A DNA stretch of 64,000 nucleotides, taken from assembly GCA_965248835.1 (NCBI GenBank), contig CBDFLJ010000002.1:1472001-1536000 (forward strand), given 5' to 3'. Below are positions 60,464 through 64,000 of the stretch, in pieces; the first letter of the stretch is position 1, and every line of letters begins with the position of its first letter. The translations under genes and the position numbers were made by a program. The DNA comes from Alphaproteobacteria bacterium. GTDB lineage: Bacteria > Pseudomonadota > Alphaproteobacteria > MPNO01. The notes under the pieces are model-generated. The model worked only from the letters and a program-made list of their open reading frames with translations. It was not told the origin of the DNA and ran no database searches.

Positions 60464-60606
60464 GTCGGTTTTCCTCGGATGGTAAGCGATGGACCGGGCC
60501 CGGATGCATGGGCGCCGCGGGGTGGGAAGTTTGCGGTCCGACCAGCGGCGTTTGGTATCACAATCGCCTGCGCGTTACCAGCGTGCCCGCGGCAGGAACG
60601 AGGCTG

Positions 60607-61347
60607 CTATAGCATGGCCATTCCGCCATTCACACTCAGGGTTTGTCCGGTGACGTAACCGGCCTCCTCACTTGCCAGGAACGCCACGCAGGCAGCCACG
60701 TCCGCGGGCGTGCCCAACCGGCCGGCGGGAATGCGCTCGGCAAGCTTTGCGGTCTGATCCTCGCCCAGCCCCCGCGTCATCGCGGTGTCGATGAACCCGG
60801 GCGCGACGCAGTTCACGGTGATCGCGCGCGATGCCACCTCGGCCGCAAGCGATTTGCTCATCCCGGTCAGGCCGGCCTTGGCCGCAGCGTAGCTCGCCTG
60901 TCCGGCATTACCGGTTTGACCAACGATCGAGGTGATGGAAATGATCCGGCCCCAACGGGCGCGCATCATGCCGCGCAGGCTTGCCCGGGCGAGCCGGAAG
61001 CCGGCTGTGAGATCGACCTCGACCACGGCCTGCCAATCCTCGTCCTTGATCCGGACGAACAGGCCGTCGCGGGTGATGCCGGCATTGTTGACCAGGATGT
61101 CGATCCCGCCCATCGCGGACTCGGCGTCGCCGGCAAGACCTTCGGCCGCGCCGGGATCGGCGAGGTCCGCGCTCAGCACGTAACAGCGCTCGCCGCCGAG
61201 CGCCTGCGCACGTGCACGCAGCGAATCGATATTGCGTCCGGCCAGGGCGACCGTCGCGCCGAGCCCGTGCAACGCGGTCGCCACGGCACCGCCGATACCG
61301 CCCGACGCGCCGGTGACCAGAGCCCGTTTGCCATCCAGATCGAACAT
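60607..61347 (-). CDS. fabG: 3-oxoacyl-ACP reductase
   Basis: NNAGITRD and YAAAK motifs; fab operon context. Confidence 0.95.
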   Translation of the reverse strand: MFDLDGKRALVTGASGGIGGAVATALHGLGATVALAGRNIDSLRARAQALGGERCYVLSADLADPGAAEGLAGDAESAMGGIDILVNNAGITRDGLFVRIKDEDWQAVVEVDLTAGFRLARASLRGMMRARWGRIISITSIVGQTGNAGQASYAAAKAGLTGMSKSLAAEVASRAITVNCVAPGFIDTAMTRGLGEDQTAKLAERIPAGRLGTPADVAACVAFLASEEAGYVTGQTLSVNGGMAML

Positions 61348-61372
61348 GAGAGGTCGTCCAACCCCCCGACTG

Positions 61373-62314
61373 CTACAGGCTCTTTACCAGCGCTTCGATG
61401 TCCGCCGGTGTTCCGACCGACATCGCGGCAAGGTCCGGATCGATCCGCTTGACCAGCGCCGCCAGGACCTTGCCGGCGCCGATCTCCACGACGGTCCTGA
61501 CACCGGCATCGCGCATCGCGAGCACGGACTCGCGCCAGCGCACCATCGCGGTGACCTGCGCGACCAGGAGCTCGCGGATCTCGTCAACATCGCTGACCGC
61601 CTCGGCCGTGACATTGGCGATCAGCGCCGGGGTGGGCGCCCTCAATACGACCTCGTCCAGCGCTTGCTTCATCACATCGGCAGCCGGCTGCATCAGCCGG
61701 CAATGAAACGGCGCGCTCACCGGCAGCTTCATGGACCGCCTGACGCCCTTCTCCCGGGCGATGTCGATGGCCCGATCGATCGCGGCGACATCGCCGGACA
61801 GGACGACTTGGCCGGGCGCGTTGTCGTTGGCGGCATCGCAGACGTCGTCCCCGGCCGCCTCGGCGGCGATTTCGCGCGCCTGGTCGAGATCGGCGCCGAG
61901 CAGGGCGGCCATCGCGCCGCTGCCGACCGGGACCGCCTCCTGCATCGCGCGGCCGCGGGTCTTGAGCAGTCGGGCGGTGTCGGACAGGCCCAGCGCGCCT
62001 GCGGCAGCGAGCGCGGAGTATTCGCCCATCGAGTGTCCGGCGACCAGAGCGGCGGCGGTTCTCGGATCGAGCCCGGCTTCTGCCGCCAGCACGCGCAAGA
62101 CCGCAATGCTGACCGCCATCAGCGCGGGCTGGGCGTTTTCCGTCAGCACCAGCTCCTCGTCCGGGCCCTGCCGGATCAGGCGCGACAGGTTCTGGTTCAG
62201 CGCATCGTCGACCTCCTCGAGCGTCTCGCGCGCGGTAGGGAATGCGTCCGTCATCTCGGCGCCCATGCCCACGGCCTGCGAGCCCTGGCCCGGGAAAACG
62301 AAGGCGATCATCAT
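61373..62314 (-). CDS. fabD: Malonyl-CoA:ACP transacylase
   Basis: FPGQGSQ, GHSMGEY and VSAPFH motifs. Confidence 0.96.
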   Translation of the reverse strand: MMIAFVFPGQGSQAVGMGAEMTDAFPTARETLEEVDDALNQNLSRLIRQGPDEELVLTENAQPALMAVSIAVLRVLAAEAGLDPRTAAALVAGHSMGEYSALAAAGALGLSDTARLLKTRGRAMQEAVPVGSGAMAALLGADLDQAREIAAEAAGDDVCDAANDNAPGQVVLSGDVAAIDRAIDIAREKGVRRSMKLPVSAPFHCRLMQPAADVMKQALDEVVLRAPTPALIANVTAEAVSDVDEIRELLVAQVTAMVRWRESVLAMRDAGVRTVVEIGAGKVLAALVKRIDPDLAAMSVGTPADIEALVKSL

Positions 62315-62427
62315 CGGCTGGATGGTCCGCTCCGTGGAAGCCGGTCGCCGCGAACGCGGCGTTGGGCAACAGACACCCGGTCCCGATTCCTGTCAAGACG
62401 ACCCTCGGTGCCCGCCGCCGCGCCGGC

Positions 62428-62455
62428 TTGCGTATCGGGGGAAGACGTGTATAGT
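62428..62455 (+). promoter_or_regulatory. Putative sigma70 promoter of rpsF-rpsR
   Basis: TTGCGT-N16-TATAGT. Confidence 0.5.
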
Positions 62456-62603
62456 GCGCGCCCGCCGTCGGCGGGGACGCAGGGTTTCTGCGCACTCGCA
62501 CGACAGCGGGATTTTCTGAAATCGGTCGAAGGCGCCATATCGCATTCCAGGCGATCGGCCCGGTTTCGTGACCGATCAGGCGGGGATCAAGGAGCGCCGC
62601 ACC

Positions 62604-63125
62604 GTGCCATTTTACGAAAGCGTCTACATTGCCCGTCCGGACATCTCCGCAGCTCAGGTGGAGGCGCTGACCCAACGCCTGACCGAGATTGTCGAGACCA
62701 ACGGCGGTAAAGTGACCAAGAACGAGTACTGGGGCATCAAGAACCTCGCCTATCGGATCAAGAAGAACCGCAAGGGCCACTACTCGCTGCTGAACCTCGA
62801 CGCTCCCAGCGAGGCGCTGAGCGAGCTCGAGCGCAACATGCGGCTGAGCGAGGACGTGCTGCGCTATCTGACCGTCAAGGTGGATGCGCTGGACGACAAC
62901 CCTTCGATCATGATGGCGCGCGGCGGGCGCGACGACCGCGGGCGCGGGCGCGGCGGCTTCGGCGGACGCGGCAGAGATGGCCCGCGCGAGGGCGGGCGGG
63001 ATCGCGATGGCCCGCCGCGGCAGGCCGACGATAAGGCCTCCGGCGGCGACGGCAAGGATGAAGCAGAGACCGCCGCACCGGCCGCGCCTGAGGAAGAGAC
63101 CGCCGCACCGGCACCCTGCGCCTGA
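62604..63125 (+). CDS. rpsF: 30S ribosomal protein S6; would end at 63234 without a 4-nt insertion in the repeat tail
   Basis: YESVYIARPD and WGIKNLAYRIKKNRKGHY motifs; GTG after AAGGAG. Confidence 0.95.
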   Translation: MPFYESVYIARPDISAAQVEALTQRLTEIVETNGGKVTKNEYWGIKNLAYRIKKNRKGHYSLLNLDAPSEALSELERNMRLSEDVLRYLTVKVDALDDNPSIMMARGGRDDRGRGRGGFGGRGRDGPREGGRDRDGPPRQADDKASGGDGKDEAETAAPAAPEEETAAPAPCA

Positions 63126-63219
63126 GGAAGAGACCGCCGCACCGGCTGCGCCTGAGGAAGAGACCGCCGCACCGGCCGCGCCTGAGGAAGAGACCGCCGC
63201 ACCGGCCGCGCCTGAGGAG
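63066..63219 (+). repeat. 30-nt tandem repeat x5 (unit [10 protein letters not shown]); copy 2 carries 4 extra nt
   Basis: GAGACCGCCGCACCGGCYGCGCCTGAGGAR at 63066, 63096 (34 nt), 63130, 63160 and 63190. Confidence 0.95.
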
Positions 63220-63230
63220 GAGAGCGAGCA

Positions 63231-63458
63231 ATGAGCCGGCGGCCATTCCTTCGACGCCAGAAGAGCTGCCCGTTTTCCGGGCCCAACGCGCCGACCATCG
63301 ATTTCAAAGACATCCGGCTGCTGCAGCGCTTCGTGTCCGAAAGAGGCAAGATCGTGCCCAGCCGCATAACGGCGGTATCGACCAAGAAACAGCGCGAGCT
63401 CGCCCGGGCGATCAAGCGGGCGCGCAACGTCGCGCTGCTGCCTTTCGTCATCCGCTGA
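63231..63458 (+). CDS. rpsR: 30S ribosomal protein S18
   Basis: [17 protein letters not shown] and AIKRAR motifs. Confidence 0.96.
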   Translation: MSRRPFLRRQKSCPFSGPNAPTIDFKDIRLLQRFVSERGKIVPSRITAVSTKKQRELARAIKRARNVALLPFVIR

Positions 63459-63492
63459 CGCGCACCCCGAAGGAAGCCTCGCAGGTCGGGCG

Positions 63493-64000
63493 ATGTCGTC
63501 CCGCGCACTCCTTCTCGCAGCTCTTGCCGGCGCGGTCAGCGCGGCGCTCTACCTCGCGGTGGGCCTCGGCTCGTTCGGCGCGCTGATTCTCGCCTACATG
63601 GCCCAACTCCCGCTTTTTGCTGTCGGGCTCGGCGCCGGATTCGCCGCGGCGGCCGCCGCCACCGCGATCGGCCTGGCAATCATCGCCTTCGCGCTGCCAT
63701 TGAGTGCCGCGGGTCTGTTTGCCCTGACCACGGCGGCGCCGGTCCTGATCCTGATCGGCCGGGCGCTGCTGTCGCGCGAGGCCGAGGACGGCAGCACGGT
63801 GTGGTATCCGGCCGGCTATCTGATCGCGATGCTGAACGCGCTCGCCCTGATCATACTGGCCGCCGGGGCGCTGATCCTGTCGGGGCAGCCGGGCGGCATG
63901 GTCGGGGCCGGCCAAGAGCTGCTGGCCGATATGCTCCGCGGGTTCGCACGCGGCCTCGACGGCGCCGAAATGCCGGCCAATGCGATGGCGAACAGCCCTG
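63493..64000 (+). CDS. DUF2232-like membrane protein, partial
   Basis: MSSRALLLAALAGAVSAAL...AQLPLFAVGLG...WYPAG; the usual gene after rpsR in Alphaproteobacteria; runs off the window edge. Confidence 0.75.
   Translation, partial: MSSRALLLAALAGAVSAALYLAVGLGSFGALILAYMAQLPLFAVGLGAGFAAAAAATAIGLAIIAFALPLSAAGLFALTTAAPVLILIGRALLSREAEDGSTVWYPAGYLIAMLNALALIILAAGALILSGQPGGMVGAGQELLADMLRGFARGLDGAEMPANAMANSP

Noticed and set aside
58921-62314. Type II PKS or other secondary metabolite cluster
   Set aside because: Canonical housekeeping fabD-fabG-acpP-fabF next to rpsF, with no chain-length factor or tailoring genes.
62550-62600. S6:S18 autoregulatory leader hairpin (GATCGG...CCGATC)
   Set aside because: Plausible by position, but I cannot verify the consensus by eye.
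63066-63219. CRISPR-like 30-nt repeats
   Set aside because: The units are contiguous with no spacers, lie in coding sequence, and no cas genes are present.

Overview
A GC-rich alphaproteobacterial chromosome segment; the Rhodospirillales-like assignment is an inference from gene order and protein style. It has three parts. (1) 1-5094: a purine operon on the minus strand, gpt-xdhA-xdhB-uraD-puuD, with xdhB frameshifted in a GCC tract. (2) About 5.3-50 kb: a dense accessory catabolic region for aromatic, N-heterocyclic or amide compounds. It holds an LLM monooxygenase with LigAB, two dihydroxyphthalate-decarboxylase-like proteins, a Rieske oxygenase, a NicC-like hydroxylase, two UbiD proteins, three amidases, amidohydrolases, five Rid proteins and several transporters. 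I found no transcriptional regulator in it. It also contains nested IS remnants (IS5, IS110/IS1111-type end, IS3, IS1380) and a deletion scar. (3) 50-64 kb: mostly core genes, phaR-phasin-phaC-phaJ, gmk-yicC, rmuC, fabF-acpP-fabG-fabD and rpsF-rpsR. The most unusual signals are two related 40-nt inserts in opposite orientation at the catalytic motifs of a dead IS3 transposase, a cluster at 24-29 kb where several enzymes have lost canonical catalytic residues, and a 30-nt x5 tandem repeat with a frameshift in the rpsF tail. No rRNA, tRNA, CRISPR, prophage or defence system was recognised. All family assignments come from motif recognition by eye, not from database searches.
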